A model generated the notes under the pieces. That model did not search any database. It was not told the DNA's origin and worked only from the letters and a program-made list of their open reading frames with translations. From Trichosphaerium sp. ATCC 40318 (taxonomy: Eukaryota; Protista; Tubulinea), in the NCBI GenBank assembly GCA_038496445.1, contig JALMLS010000336.1, positions 124,001 to 188,000 of the forward strand: 64,000 bases of DNA, read 5' to 3'. Below, piece by piece: positions 11,654-25,025 of this stretch. The position numbers and the translations under genes are program-made. The number at the start of each line of letters is the position of its first letter. Positions within the stretch are counted from its first letter, which is position 1.

Positions 11654-14386
11654 ATGAAACTGTTTCTTGTACTTCTTATTTGTTGCCCTTTGGCTTGTAT
11701 GAGCGGCACCACAACGTATAATTTTGACGCTTCTAAAACGCACGAAAATCCTTTACGTGGGTTCGTCCCTTTTGTGCCAGGAAGCAATAAGTTCCCTTTC
11801 AGTACGCCACGCACTCTGGTGAAACTAATGTCGAATCCATAGGCATGGAGAACTTTTACGTCAAAATGAAGGACCTAACCAACGGTGTAAACAGGTGCGA
11901 TTTTCCAATACAAAAAACCGCCTATTCTAACACGTGATTTCCGAATAGATACACATTTAACACTGGTTTGGAACCTTTACTGAATGAAGGTACGCTCTCG
12001 AAAAAACAAAAACAGATCCTTTTGAGAGAGTTACTAACTAAACATTGATAGTGGCAAGCCGTGGACATCACTCAATCTTTCGAGTGTTTGTGGATTACCC
12101 ATATCAAACAAAAAACCCTAACGATGCTATACCTTCATACTTGCTCCCTGGCATGAACTTATGTTACTACAACGAGTTCGGCGGAGGTACGCAACAACAG
12201 CTGAAGAGTTGTGAATTTAGTTGTGCTAAATTGCAGATAGGCGTTGCTCCTGATTACGGAAACACTAAATTTCAAAATGCTGTTATAAACCTAATAAAAG
12301 AAATGGGAAGGAGGTATGATGGTGATAATCGTATAGGTATGTGAAACATGTTTTTTTAAAAACACAAAAATCTAATCACGTTTTTTTTACAATCAGGAGC
12401 CATTCAGCTCGGTTTTTATGGGCACTGGTAAGACCAATACTACTCATTTACGATTTTAATAACGCTTTGTTTCAGGGGAGGTACATTGTACATCAAATTG
12501 CTGTAAGAAATTAATGCGATCTAGAATGGCATAATAGTGGTTGTCCATTAGCTAGTGCAGCTTTTCTAGACAGAATTCTTAAAACCTATGATGAGTAAGT
12601 ATAAAACCCCTATAACCCTTCAATGACTAAATATGTATACAATAGCTCCTTTAAGATAACATCCCTTCAAGCGAGATATCCAGATAGGATTGGCACTTAC
12701 AGTGCTTCTCAACTTCGCCTTGGTTTTCATGATGACTCATTTGTATACATGACAAATTTATGTTGTTGGTTAACTTGATGTTTAGGCTCAAGCCACGTTG
12801 TTCTTCAATTGGGGCTTTTTAGCTGAGCTTAACGCCAACAATGGTATTAATAATTGGAAAAAAGCTCCTATTGGTGGAGAGCTTCGTCCTGAACTTCAAG
12901 AATGTATTATGAGACCAAGTACGCCTAAAAAACTTAAACAGAATCATGTCCAACCAGTGACACTCTAATTCTAGATCCTATATCTGCTTGTTCTGGTGAG
13001 AAGGTTGATCCTCAAGATTTCAGTGATTGTGTTGATGCAACGCATCCTTCTTGGTTATGGTACTACAACTTACAATAAACACTTTCTCAGCTATCAAAAG
13101 GAACAATGCTGCTTTCAGTTCCGGGTACCCTTCTGCAGATAGACCAAGGGCGTTAGCTGTACGATGCAATATTAAGCCTCTCATTTACTAATTGTGTTGG
13201 TTATAGGCTGCGCTATCAATGGGATATAAGTTCTACATTCAATCAGTTACAACTACTGTAACCGGTGGTCAACTAAGAGTTACTGTAAAGATGTTTAACA
13301 GGGTACAATACAATTTAAATTACTATTACAACAGCTAACTTGTCTTTACAGGGTAATGCTCCTTTTTACTACCCATTACGATTGACAATGGACTATGGTA
13401 GTTCCACAGTAAACTTCCCTGGTACGATTCTTTTTATCGTTTACACCTTCTCCTGAAGATAAAGAACACGTGTTGACACATGTTTTTTAAGGAAATGCAC
13501 ATAATATTATGCCTTCAAAGTCGAAAACATTTACTGTGACAGTTCCTGTACAATCTAACAGAAACACACTTGATTTAAGGTTATCTGGAAACATTTTATT
13601 GAAGCCAATTGTGTTTGCCTCACAGGTACTGCAAGCATTTTTCTTTCTCGTTAACAACTATAACAAAGGGTGCTAAAACAAATGGAAAATTGACAGTTTC
13701 AGTAAGCGGTAAGCACCTCCTAAAGCTCCAATTGTATTTCATCTGTTTCTTTGTATTCAAACAACTATGTTTGTAACTTTTGTATTTAGGTGGCGGATCT
13801 TCAAGCAACATTTTTACTCTCCAAAAAGGGAACTCACTTTCTTATGCTCTTGATGGTAAAAATGGCGGCTCTTACGATCAAAACGTACGCTTTTCTACAC
13901 CAGTTGTGTGTACTTATAAGACGTTAGGTTATCATTAACACTCATAACATAAATAATGTAAACCAGCAATGGGTTGAGATTTCTCGAGGAAATGGATACT
14001 ACTCTTACCAAAAGAGAAACACTCAATTCTGTCTTGATGGTAATTCGGGAGGTTCAAATGGACAAAACGTAAAACTATGGATTTGCGTAGCGAGCCAGCA
14101 CAACCAACATTGGAAAAAAGGCACGTGTCAAAACAGAATGAGAGAACGAGTGTTGCCAAGTCTATTTTTTTTAAGCTAACTGTTTTGTGTAACAGTGTCA
14201 GTTGGTGGTAGCAAGTTCAGGCTACAAAAGAGGAACGCTCCAGCTTACTCAATTGATGGTGGAGGTAATTTCTATTTATTTTTTATTCGAAGTTGAAGTT
14301 TTGTTGTAGGCAACAATAAAAATGTTCACTTGTGGTCTTCAAGCAATAGCAATAAAAACCAGCAATGGAAATTCAACAGTGTCTAA
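11654..14386 (+). CDS. Secreted DUF4832-type glycoside-hydrolase-like protein with C-terminal ricin-B (QxW) lectin domain, 20 exons
   Basis: Signal peptide, then ENPLRGF, FRVFVDYP, YDGDNRI..IQLGFYGHWGEWH, GFHDDSF, PIGGELRP, MGYKF and NRGNAPFYY. The C-terminus has NQQW/NQHW/NQQW ricin repeats. 19 introns placed, all in frame. Confidence 0.82.
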
Positions 14387-14426
14387 CAAATAAAGTATTG
14401 GGTTACAAAAGACCGGTTCAAACTAG

Positions 14427-14950
14427 TTAGTTTGGTTTTTTTTGTTGCATTTGAAGTCTACCGTTGATACCCCACTGCTTGAATTCACCAACAAGTTTAC
14501 CTTTTTCATAATAACAACGGATGTAAACGCTTCCATTATTCAACCACTCCTTATACTCTCCATCCTTTAAACCAATAGAAAAAGAACAATCTTTGCTTTG
14601 TACTCCTTTTGAATGCCACCTTTTGCAAACCCATCGAACCCCATTCTTGTACATGCAATGTATCTTCAAGAACCTCTTCGTATTATACTTGTCCTCCCAC
14701 TCTTTGTAAACGCCATGTCTCTTTCCATCAACAAACTGAATGCTCTTGTAAACATTGTTTTTCCTATATTCGACATACTCCATGATAAAGACAATATTTT
14801 ATATTGACATTGCAGTTTTATTCTTCCGGATAAGCATTGCCATGAAGTTTACCGTTGTTATACCAACTATGTATCATAATACATCCACTCTTGTACTCTT
14901 TATACTCGCCATGATACATCTTTATATTGGCAACTCTTCACAGTAACCCA
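14427..14950 (-). pseudogene. Decayed intronless MORN-variant (YwqK-like) repeat gene
   Basis: Repeats such as GKRHGVYKEW, LKDGEYKEW and GKLVGEFKQW. Upstream, HGEYKEY..WYNNGKLHG lies in other frames, separated by stops and frameshifts. Confidence 0.7.
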
Positions 14951-16969
14951 GTCAAACCTTGCTACCAGAGCAAGGTTTGTGTTATTCAGGTGTTGTTAGT
15001 GCAAATAAAATATGAATATTGTAAAAAAATCAATCTAAAAGTTCTACCACGGTCTAATAGTTCATTAGGCCAATGCGTGTCATAAGAATGATTACTCTAA
15101 TTAAGGCGCTCTTGTTCATCTTATTTAAACATATTGTTAAGTAAGATGACTTACATGACATAGCAATAAGAAAAAAAAGTTGTATCAAATATAAATGTAC
15201 TCTTATTTGGGGATAAAACACTGTAAAAAAAAGATGACTTGGCGATTGCAATTTCATTTAGGAAAATACATAAGTAATTGGTGTATTATTGTTCACTTTA
15301 TGTGGGTGTTTGTTATGTGAAAATTAAATTCTGTGTTTAGAAAAGCAACTCGTTGGATGTAGAAAAAGTCTCTTACAAGCACTTTGATTCTTTAAATATA
15401 ATATAGGCCATAACGAAAAGATATGGTGAATCAATTCATCATGTATTTGTTGAGAACAAGTCTGCTGAAAAAGAAGCAAATGAGGAATTTTCTGAGAAAA
15501 CGCAGCTTCTCGCAATCATAAATTGTGCTGTATTATTTTTTACTTGTGTTACTGGAATTATTGTGTAACAGTATAATTCATTAAAACGTACGTTTGTGCA
15601 GTTTGTTTATGCAAAGACATCATTGATTTTTAGAAGCAGAAAAAACAGCGGACTACAGTCAAGTCGAACTAACACAGAGGATGACAATACAAAAGAACCT
15701 AATGGTGGCAACCAAGTGGTGTTAGAATAATGTACCTGATATTTCCGAAGTATACAGCCACTGCCAATAAACTAAAAAAAAAACTGATAATAATGCGGTA
15801 TGAACAACCACCAGCTATCCACTACAATCTCGTGCCTCCGAAATATGTACAATATATTTACGTCTAAGTTCCTAAGGTACTTGCAAGTGCCTAAACACCT
15901 TGTATTTAAAAAAAGTGCCTAAAAGAACGAAATTGTTGCTTTGTCATTGACATTTTCAGCTGAACGGCAATGACTATGGACCAGTAACCGATACCTTTGA
16001 GCTCTGAAAAATACCTATAGCTTCTTCACCTATCAACCTGCAATCAATTCTTATTTAGTAAGACAAGAATGCGATATCTGATATATTTTAGACGCTCAGT
16101 TTTATATCTTCTTTGAACTTGCATTTAATTCACGTGAACACGAACAAACGGCGTAACGAAGAATTCAAAAACTGGCTAAAAACTGTCAGTGTTGTATTTA
16201 AGTTATTGGGTACAGAGTTCGGAGAATTAAAAGGCAATCTACTGATACATCAGCATTGATTGAGAAATGGTAATTTTCAAAGCTAATCAGTTCATGTCAA
16301 TACAAGCTGTTCTTGTCATTGTAATCACGACTTAGTATGTACGTCAAGTAAATGTCTTGAGTCTAAAAAGAACAAAGTGGCGCAAATAAACCATTAAGTG
16401 AAGCCCACCTTCAAAAAACTGTGCAGCACGTTTTTCTCCTGGAAACATGTGGAGTTTTGTGACTGTCTGGCGTTTGTTCATATATTTTAACCTTCGCCTA
16501 TCTTTGGTGCTAACCAAGATATCAAAATGGCAACAGTGAGCCTTGTTTTTCACTACCACACCATCAACACTTCACTCCGTTACGAAGGTACGTGAAATAT
16601 AAATTATCTCATGAACAAGTTCGCGTGAGATACCGATTAGGATTGGCTTGACAAAACGACAAAAAGCTCAACACGTTTCTTGTTGGTAGCAGACCAAATA
16701 CCTCCCCTAAATATGTGAACATTTCAACCAGAATCAACAGTGGCGATGAAAAAAAAAAGCAAAAGCGATTGCTCGTACGCACGTGAAACGTAAGTGTAAA
16801 AAAGTTGTGATTCTTAAACTATTTAGTAAACGTGTATTCTTAAAATGATAAATCAAGCATGAACTTTACTTGCGTGTTTACTGAACAACTTGCGCACTTA
16901 GATTTGAGGTTAAGAACGCTTAACAGTTTAAAATAGTGAGAAACAAACAACTAGTGCAACACTTCAACA

Positions 16970-19900
16970 ATGCGCTTTACCTTACTTCTCATTGTATTGT
17001 CTACCTTGTTATTTTATGTCATGGGTCATAACGAAGAAGTCTGTGGCGGATCAAGTCAGTCTCAAAACGCTATTTGCTTCAATACAGGAAGGTATGTACT
17101 CAGTTTGCTTTAATGTTTGTGTTAATGGGTTCGCTAATTGTTTCTTTTAGTTCTTCAGATCTTTTTGATAGAAGCCTTATTACAGCGCGTATGATAACAA
17201 CTCAAGGATGTTCATGTACCGGATGGTTGATAGGAGCAGATGGTCACTTTATTACAAACCACCACTGTTGGTCTGATCCTCGGTGCAAAGGGTTCGTTTG
17301 GGAAATGTTTCAGCTTTTTTTTTACAGTCTTTTCTTAGGTCTGTAGCGAACAACGCGGATGTAGCGTCTGCTACCTACAGGTTCAATTGTCACCAACCTA
17401 CTTGCGCTAGTGCCAATCCTTCAGGATCTACGCCGGCTTCATGTGATTCATGGGGAGCTGCAGGAGCAACTGTACTTTGAAATACTATGTTTATGTTCTG
17501 TTCAATGACAACTAAGTGCTTTAGATCATTGACCAAGATGCCGGTTTAGATTATGTTTTAATCGACCTTCCTGGGAACGCTGCTCAAACCTACAATGGAC
17601 AACTTATTGCAACAGATGCAAACATAGGAGAAGTGCGTGAAAATACCTGCAAATGGTCTTTAAGACAAATCTATTCACTCTTCGTTAGCAAATCTTCATT
17701 TCTCAGCATCCATCCAGTCGGGCTAGAGAGATTTCAAATGTCAACGATGATGGCGACAGATGTAGTATTCAATCTACAACTGAAAATAACTTCATGGGTG
17801 GCGGTGACGCACTGTACGTAAATACAGCATTATTTATACTAAAACAGCGTTTAGTGGATATGATTGCGATACTGAAGGCGGAAGTTCAGGCTCTCCAGTT
17901 GTCAGGAGAACAGATTGGGTACTAACACATTAATCACAAGTATTTAACTGTTCAATAGCGCGCCGTTGCCATACACCATGCTGCTTCCCGCCAAAACAAT
18001 CCGTGCTGGAATAGAGGTAATCCAAAGAACAAGATCGAGTAAAACAGTTAACGAGTTTCTGTATTTAGGTGTTCCAATGTGGCGTATTAGAAATATGCTT
18101 GATGTTAGAAGTATTGATACTACTGGATATTTGACTGATGCACCTGGCGGCGCTCGTGCATGGGGTGATCCTCACTACACTACTTTTGATGGAAGAAGGC
18201 ATCATTTCCAAGGATTGGGCACTTTCAATCTTGCTATGTCTCATTTCAACAAGTACTATCTACAATCTAAAACAGCAAACAATCCAATTCTTTGGCCTCA
18301 TACCACTATCAACCACGAAGTATGTTGTTTGAGTTTTTCTTTTTTTTCTGTGAATTAGCACGTTTTTTTTCTTGGTCACGTGACTATGTTTTAGATTGGA
18401 TTGGGATATCAGATTGACGGAAACGATGTTTTCGTTGCTGTGAAGGCGATAAGATCTAGTGGTGTTTGTGTAGGGTTTGATGTTATTCATCAGTGTAAAT
18501 ACTCGTAAGCACTTTGCTTTAGTGCTGAAATACAACTTACTGTTCTTATCTAGTTTATTCGATCAGATATACTTTGGCCAAACTATTTCAAGGTCTGTCA
18601 CAAGAGATGGATTCAGAGCATCTGTCAGTCAAGCCAATAACAAATACTATGTCACCTTCAGATTTACAACAGGTACAACATATCTATCTGCTCTAGTTTA
18701 ACCTAACACGTGTTTTAAGGTACAACTTTGAAGGTTTCTGTGAACTACAGAGATAACGATTGTTGGATGAATGTTGCTCCTAAGATGCCAGGATCATTTT
18801 ATGGACGCGTTCAAGGTCTTCTTGGAACTTGGGATGATAACATATTCAACGACTTTACAAAGAAAGGAACCAACACAATTGTACCTCATGCTGAGTTTGG
18901 TGAATCATGTATGATGGCTCTTCCTATAAGGTCAATTTGTTTTAACCTGTGTTGTTTAGACCGAGTGGAGAAAGGAGAGCCAGACGTATTGAATTGTAGA
19001 CTTGCTCCAACAACAGTTATTGATCCAACATTCACACCTTTGGTTGGATTGACACTTGAAGGAGCAGACCCAGATTGTACGATTATTTCTTTCGTTTACT
19101 ATTGTGTCTTTCTAACCTATCATTACAAAGGGATACAAATTGCCAACCAAGCATGTAGTAAAGTCAAAGATGATGAAGACAGAAAAGCGTGTATATTCGA
19201 TGTCGCTCACACAAGAAATCTCGGATTTGCTGAGCAAGACGTTTTAGTAAACAACAGTATGTCGCAAGTGATACTGTACATAAAACTGAACTATTTTTTA
19301 AGATTGTCCAAATGACTGCAATAGTCGCGGTGCATGTGTTAGTGGAGTATGTGAGTGCACAATGGGATTCTCTGGAGATGATTGTAGTCAACGTACGTAC
19401 ACCATACACCACGTAATTTACCTAACTACATATACAGGTGAATGCGAACATTGCAATATTACGAATGCTGATTGTATTGGTGGCCGTTGTATTTGTCACC
19501 CAGGATACCTTCCACCTACTTGTGATGAATCTACGACATCTTGTAGCTTGAACACATTCTCCGATCTTCCTGAACCTACTGTTACATCAATGGCTGTCGA
19601 TGGAGGTAGACTTACCTTTCTGTACCGTTGTCTCTGACGCATCATTAGGCACCAAAGTGTTTGTTACTGTTCCGTACTATACGCAAGGAACTACTATCAT
19701 TGATTTCAAACCTTTTGAAAATCTTGATAGCCTTTCAGATTGCACTAATCATATGCCTCCAACATCAGATGTTTTTTCCGCAAGTTCATTAGTGCGTTGA
19801 ATACAATAAGAGTTCATTCTGCTAATAAATGATAATAGCGTAAGTGGAGATACGCTCCGGATGCTACGTTCCCAGGCGCCCTATCAGGAGACTTTTCTGG

Positions 19901-20637
19901 ATACCCTCTCCCAAGGTACAACATTGATCATTCCTTCAAGTTATTTCCGATTTTTGACTGTGAAATCTAGGCGTTGGGGTGTTGTTGCAAAGAGTTGTAA
20001 CACTATACACTACTCAGCTTTCTTTGATGAAGACTTATTGGACCATTGTAAGTTCGATGGAACTGTCTACATAAGCTATGTCTCTCCTCATGATAACAAC
20101 AATATTGACGGAGGTTTTGATGTCCAACACTTTGAGAGTGTCCTTGAACGTACGCGATAACATGTCCCACCTGATTGAATTAATAATTGTTTTGTAGCTG
20201 AGGAGCGAGAGCCTATAAGGCTTTCTTTCAACTTGAAGCCAAAAGGCATTCTTCAACAAGGTGTACCTGAAACTGCAGCAGAAAATCTACGAGTTACAGC
20301 AGCTGAGGTGTATGGCGTGAGTCCAAATGATGTATCAGTCACTCGTTCTGGTAGAACGCAAGAGCTCTTCAATGTTGACATTACAATTGACGCTGTTCCT
20401 GACCAGCCTCCGCAGATGCTAACAGGAGCTATTGCAATAGCGATGAATAGCCATGGTGTGGTAGCAAGTGTTGGTACGGACGAGTGTACTTTAAAGTACA
20501 ACTCTAACATTGCTTTAGAATCTAGCGCTCATACAGTTTCATCTAACCATACAGTACATCATAAATCAAATGCAAGAACAAACTCATTTGTTTCCGTCTT
20601 TTGGATGATACTCTTGATAGCTTATTCTTTGTTTTAA
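16970..20637 (+). CDS. Secreted or GPI/TM-anchored trypsin-like serine protease - VWD - EGF multidomain protein
   Basis: Signal peptide; catalytic triad motifs ITNHHC, LDYVL and DTEGGSSGSPV; VWD start AWGDPHYTTFDG and GLLGTWD; two EGF-like Cys repeats; hydrophobic C-terminus. Confidence 0.85.
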
Positions 20638-20764
20638 TCCTTCAAATAAAGCCTAAGTTTCCCTGCATAGTGGCATTATTTTATAGAATCAAAAGAGAGT
20701 CAAATAATTTTATTTGGTAGAAACGATCAAGAAGTATTGGTTTTTTATATCTTGTTTTGGTCTA

Positions 20765-22166
20765 TCAGTATGTACTCCTTTCATTGATTTTTTTAATGTT
20801 ATCTGTGTTTTTCTTTTGCTTTTTGACATCAAGTTTTATTTTTTTTATACAGTTCCCATCAGGAAAGTATAGATAACCTTGATTATATGCTAGCCCTTTA
20901 GGAGTTACAAGGGGTGAATCAAGTTTAAGTTTTACTAAATCTTTTGATTCTGTGAAAAACCGAAACAAATGAGGGCAGGTGAAGAAATATACACTCTCTA
21001 AAGTAGTACATTGTTGTAAGCAATCATAACAAGTCTTTGACATAGAAAAGTAAAAAAAAAGAAAGAACGTTGGCGTACCAAAAGCACAACAAAGATATCC
21101 ACCCCTTGTGTTAGCTGAGGTGCATATCTTTGGTATTTTACCATCCTTTAGATTCATCTTCCATAGACCGTTGTCTGCGCATATAAACAGGTTTCCTTTC
21201 CCATCTACGTCCACTCCTTCTGGTGAATCCAGAGGAGCAAGATTTGACGGTGATATTACAAGGGGTTCATGAGAACTGTCATCAAGAATACTGATTGTGT
21301 TGTAGTCACTGGCAGTACAAATAATTTTATCATTTTCTCCAATGACGACCCCTCTTATCCATCCTTTACCGGAATGAACTGTTGATATATCTCCCGTAGA
21401 TGAGTTAATTTTTTTCACACTCTTGTTGATGAAACAAAGTTAGTAGGAGAAATCACAGTGGCAACCTTTTTTTTTCGAAGAAAAGATAGAAAAAAATTAT
21501 CTGGTTCACGAAATTGATCCACGATTTACTAAAAGATGAGCTGTTTTCTTTCCAAAAATGTTGTACAAAAGGCCGCCAAAAGAACCTCTGACATTGTTCT
21601 TGAGAAATCACGTGCCTCATTGGCTGCATCAGCGATATAAATATTATTCTTGCTATCCACTGAAACATCGTGAGGGTATGAAAGACTACCAGTTGTGCAT
21701 TCAAAGGTTGAAACCTCGTTCGTCTTCAAACAAAGTTTCCGAATGCAATGATTTTGATTATCAGTTATAATAAGCTAGAACACAGTTATTTCGCCAGAAA
21801 CGTTAATGAACACGTACGTTATTATCACAATCAAACGCTAAACCGCGTATATCGTGAAATTGAGCAATATCGGCTGGACCTTAGTTTTATATTAAATAAA
21901 GCCTAAAATGGCGTATAGTATTCCGTACCATCCACATTCCCTCCCAAACTAAGACCTGTTACGCCAATAACTTTGTAAACTGTTGAAAGCTCCTAAACTT
22001 CACTTAGAACTCATAAATTCGCCATAGCATTGCGTTCTTTGTGTAACCGACAAGATTTTGTGAGGGAATTAAACTGAGAGCAAGTCTGAGCCACTGATGA
22101 AAGATCTGACGGTGTCATGACGAATTCTAGTATGTGTAAAACCATTTCTACAGGTAATGTATCCAT
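20765..22166 (-). CDS. F-box protein with NHL-repeat beta-propeller, copy B
   Basis: The F-box exon is nearly identical to copy A, with the same intron positions. The blades are more diverged and the C-terminus is longer and Lys-rich. Confidence 0.8.
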
Positions 22167-22395
22167 TGTGCTACAAGGGAACCAGTTACGAGAAAAGTTT
22201 TCTACAATTTTACAGTCACTCAATTTCAACCCTTACACGATAGCCAAAGCAACGTAAATGAATATTTATACTTCTACAGCTAAAACACTGAGTAGCATAT
22301 AGACACATGATAATATCTTCATTTTCTTGGAGTTGTTATTCGGACATTCTGTTAAAACTTAGGGTTGCCTTAATACTTTTGATGTTAAGTTATGA

Positions 22396-24025
22396 TCAAC
22401 ATGGAATGTCTGCTACATGTGTAGGGTGCAATGTTGAATCGAAAACATCTGAAACAAGCACTTCCAAATGCTTGATACTATACTTCACAGCACAATTTAA
22501 AAGAGTATGCCATTTACCTTCTTCCCATGTTTCATTTCTAGCCCAAGACATTATTTCTTTTCTTGTTTTACCATTTGAATAATGCCATACTGCATCCTTC
22601 ATACATATTTCATCATATGAAACAACATTGTGTCCGGTCAACTTAAGCATAGTAGTTATTATATCATGTTGATTCCTATTGTAAACCAGTCAACACTGAA
22701 AGTCACAGAACCTGAAAGAAATAAGACAAATTGTCAAAATGTTCATAGGTTTTCTTATAGTATGAACTGTCTTTTTGGTTGTACTTTAGCTCTCTTCTGG
22801 CACCAATTGGAAAAAGTGCGATTATTGTAGCTCCTTCTGGGAGGAATATACCATTCCATAGATTAGAACCAAAAACGCCAACCAAATGTGAAGTGAGTGA
22901 CATTAATTCTATTTGTTGCTTCATATCAAAATCAACAAACGCAATGTCACGGACATCCACACCTCTTCCTTGAATCTTATATAAACTTAGTGTTTATAAT
23001 ACAAAATTTTAATCTATTAATCGTACCATGTTAATTATTTCATCCTTATTCACGGCATGCCTAACAGCCCTAATGTTTTTAGTTTTTAGAGTTTTTTTGA
23101 AACATACACTTCGTGGTTTTGACTTATTCTTGATGACCATACCACACTTTTTTCAGAAGGGAGGATAGGATTTCGTTCTACCCCTGATTGAACCCTCATC
23201 TCAGTTATTAGTTCTTTCCATTCACCAGCCATGGCGCTATGGTCACTAGAAACCGATGGCATTGATCCTCCGCCACCAATATACAATTGCTTAAAACAAG
23301 AGACATCACTTTCCCACCCACCCATATAAACATCTGTTATACCAAAAACTAACTCCAACATATAGTTCGCGAGCTTTTTCTCTTTTCCACCATTGAACCA
23401 AACTACACCAATGCGAGTTCCTTGAAAGGAAGGTAAAAATGAGAACAATAAATACTGTTCAAAGTAATGTATACCTGTTGGTAGATTAGCACGCTTAATG
23501 GCCAGCCATAACGGAGCTATAGTCTCATGTAGTGTGTGAGTATACTGTCCAGTATACTTATTGTATGACATGAACACAGGGAAATCCACAGTGCGATCAC
23601 AGTTAAGTGTATCAACAAGCTTGACTGGAACACGTTTTTTGTAGTAAGGAGTGATAAACTCTGAAGGTATTTGACCTCCACGGTCTGTTACATCTGGTTT
23701 TATAGCTTCTATTCGCATACCATCACAGCATTTGACGTTTGTTATGAGTGCTGGGGCATCTTGAGCTTGTGGCTCAATATAAACGCTCTTTTTCTTCTAA
23801 AACAGTTTTAAAATGCTGTCGATTTAATGCTAGCATTGGGACGTACTATATTAGGACGTAACCATGCAATATTCATTAAAACCGTCAAAATTCCCATTAC
23901 TAGTACTAATCTGTAAACCCACGTGACTACCTAGTACGAAAAATACAGTGTAAACAAACAAAACATAGATTTAGAAGCGTCACCTTTGAACGGCCTACAC
24001 CATAGCGTCTTACTTTCTTTTGCAT
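22396..24025 (-). CDS. Type II membrane glycosyltransferase, GT61/DUF563 family
   Basis: N-terminal TM (RLVLVMGILTVLMNIAW), YTHTLHETIAPLW, CFKQLYIG, and the GT61 C-terminal motif DFDMKQQIELM...LVGVFGSNLWNGIFLPEGATIIALFP. Confidence 0.75.
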
Positions 24026-25025
24026 GCCACGTGAGTTTTGATCATGAAATTATGTATCGCATAACTACCTTGACTGCAATACAAAAAATAAAAGAAACAC
24101 ATAGTTGTTTAAGACCATACTTGGCTCACTTGTATCCATCAAATACGCCGTAGGTGGCGTTAAGAGAAAAGTAAAATGCTTTCGATTCTATTCTTTAGAT
24201 TGAGTTGCAAAAGTAATGAGTTTTTTCACTCATAATAGAGAAACGAAAAAGTTTACTGACAAAGTATCTGCTCATTCAAGAACAATACAAACCACGATCA
24301 AATGCTTATACAATACTCTCTCAGGTGTTATTTTCAGCTCCCAAGGCCGACAGCAGGCGCTCCCGCCGGATGTTTAACCACTCCAACTCCTTGAAATCTA
24401 AAACAACTGTTTTCGCTTTTGAGTGTCGCATTTCTCGCTCAAAAAAAAAAAGTGGTTTGTAGGGATTTGCTTTTACGGTTATTACATACTATATGAAGCG
24501 ATTTAGAATAATTTTGCAATAACTGCTTTTCCAATACTCAATCAAAATTGTTCCAAAAATTATGAGTTTTCCCTATTTTTTTTAAGTTTTTGGCCTCTTC
24601 CGTTATAATTTACAAAGCTATGTTTGATGTTCAAGGCGTGATAAACATGCAGCAATTGCACTGTTACTACATAGAATTCTCAAATAAGGAACGTCAAACA
24701 AGACACAAAGTCGAAAAGACGGTATCAGTAAGGCTAGGTTTAACGTTAAAACGTTTTAGGGCTGTCTTGTGCTGTGCATAGAGCAAGAAAGGCTAATATT
24801 AGAAACAGCAGAAGAGTTGATAACATGCGGTTGACAATTAGAGAGGTAACCATGTACAAAGCGTATAGAACATGACCTATTCTAGTAGTATAATTTAACT
24901 TAGAACAGCTTGGTGTAGTCGATTCTAGTGTATTGTACTGAATGGGTTTGAATGAAGATTGTGTTAATAAGGAAGCACAGAAAAAAGAAACCACAAATTA
25001 TCTACAATGAAGAATTCTTTTTTTT

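Noticed and set aside
24310-24830. Signal-peptide-like MLSTLLLFLILAFLALCTAQ plus a GC-rich patch at 24340-24400, considered as a small gene or ncRNA
   Set aside because: A stop follows immediately, there is no consistent exon chain, and no snRNA or tRNA motifs were found.
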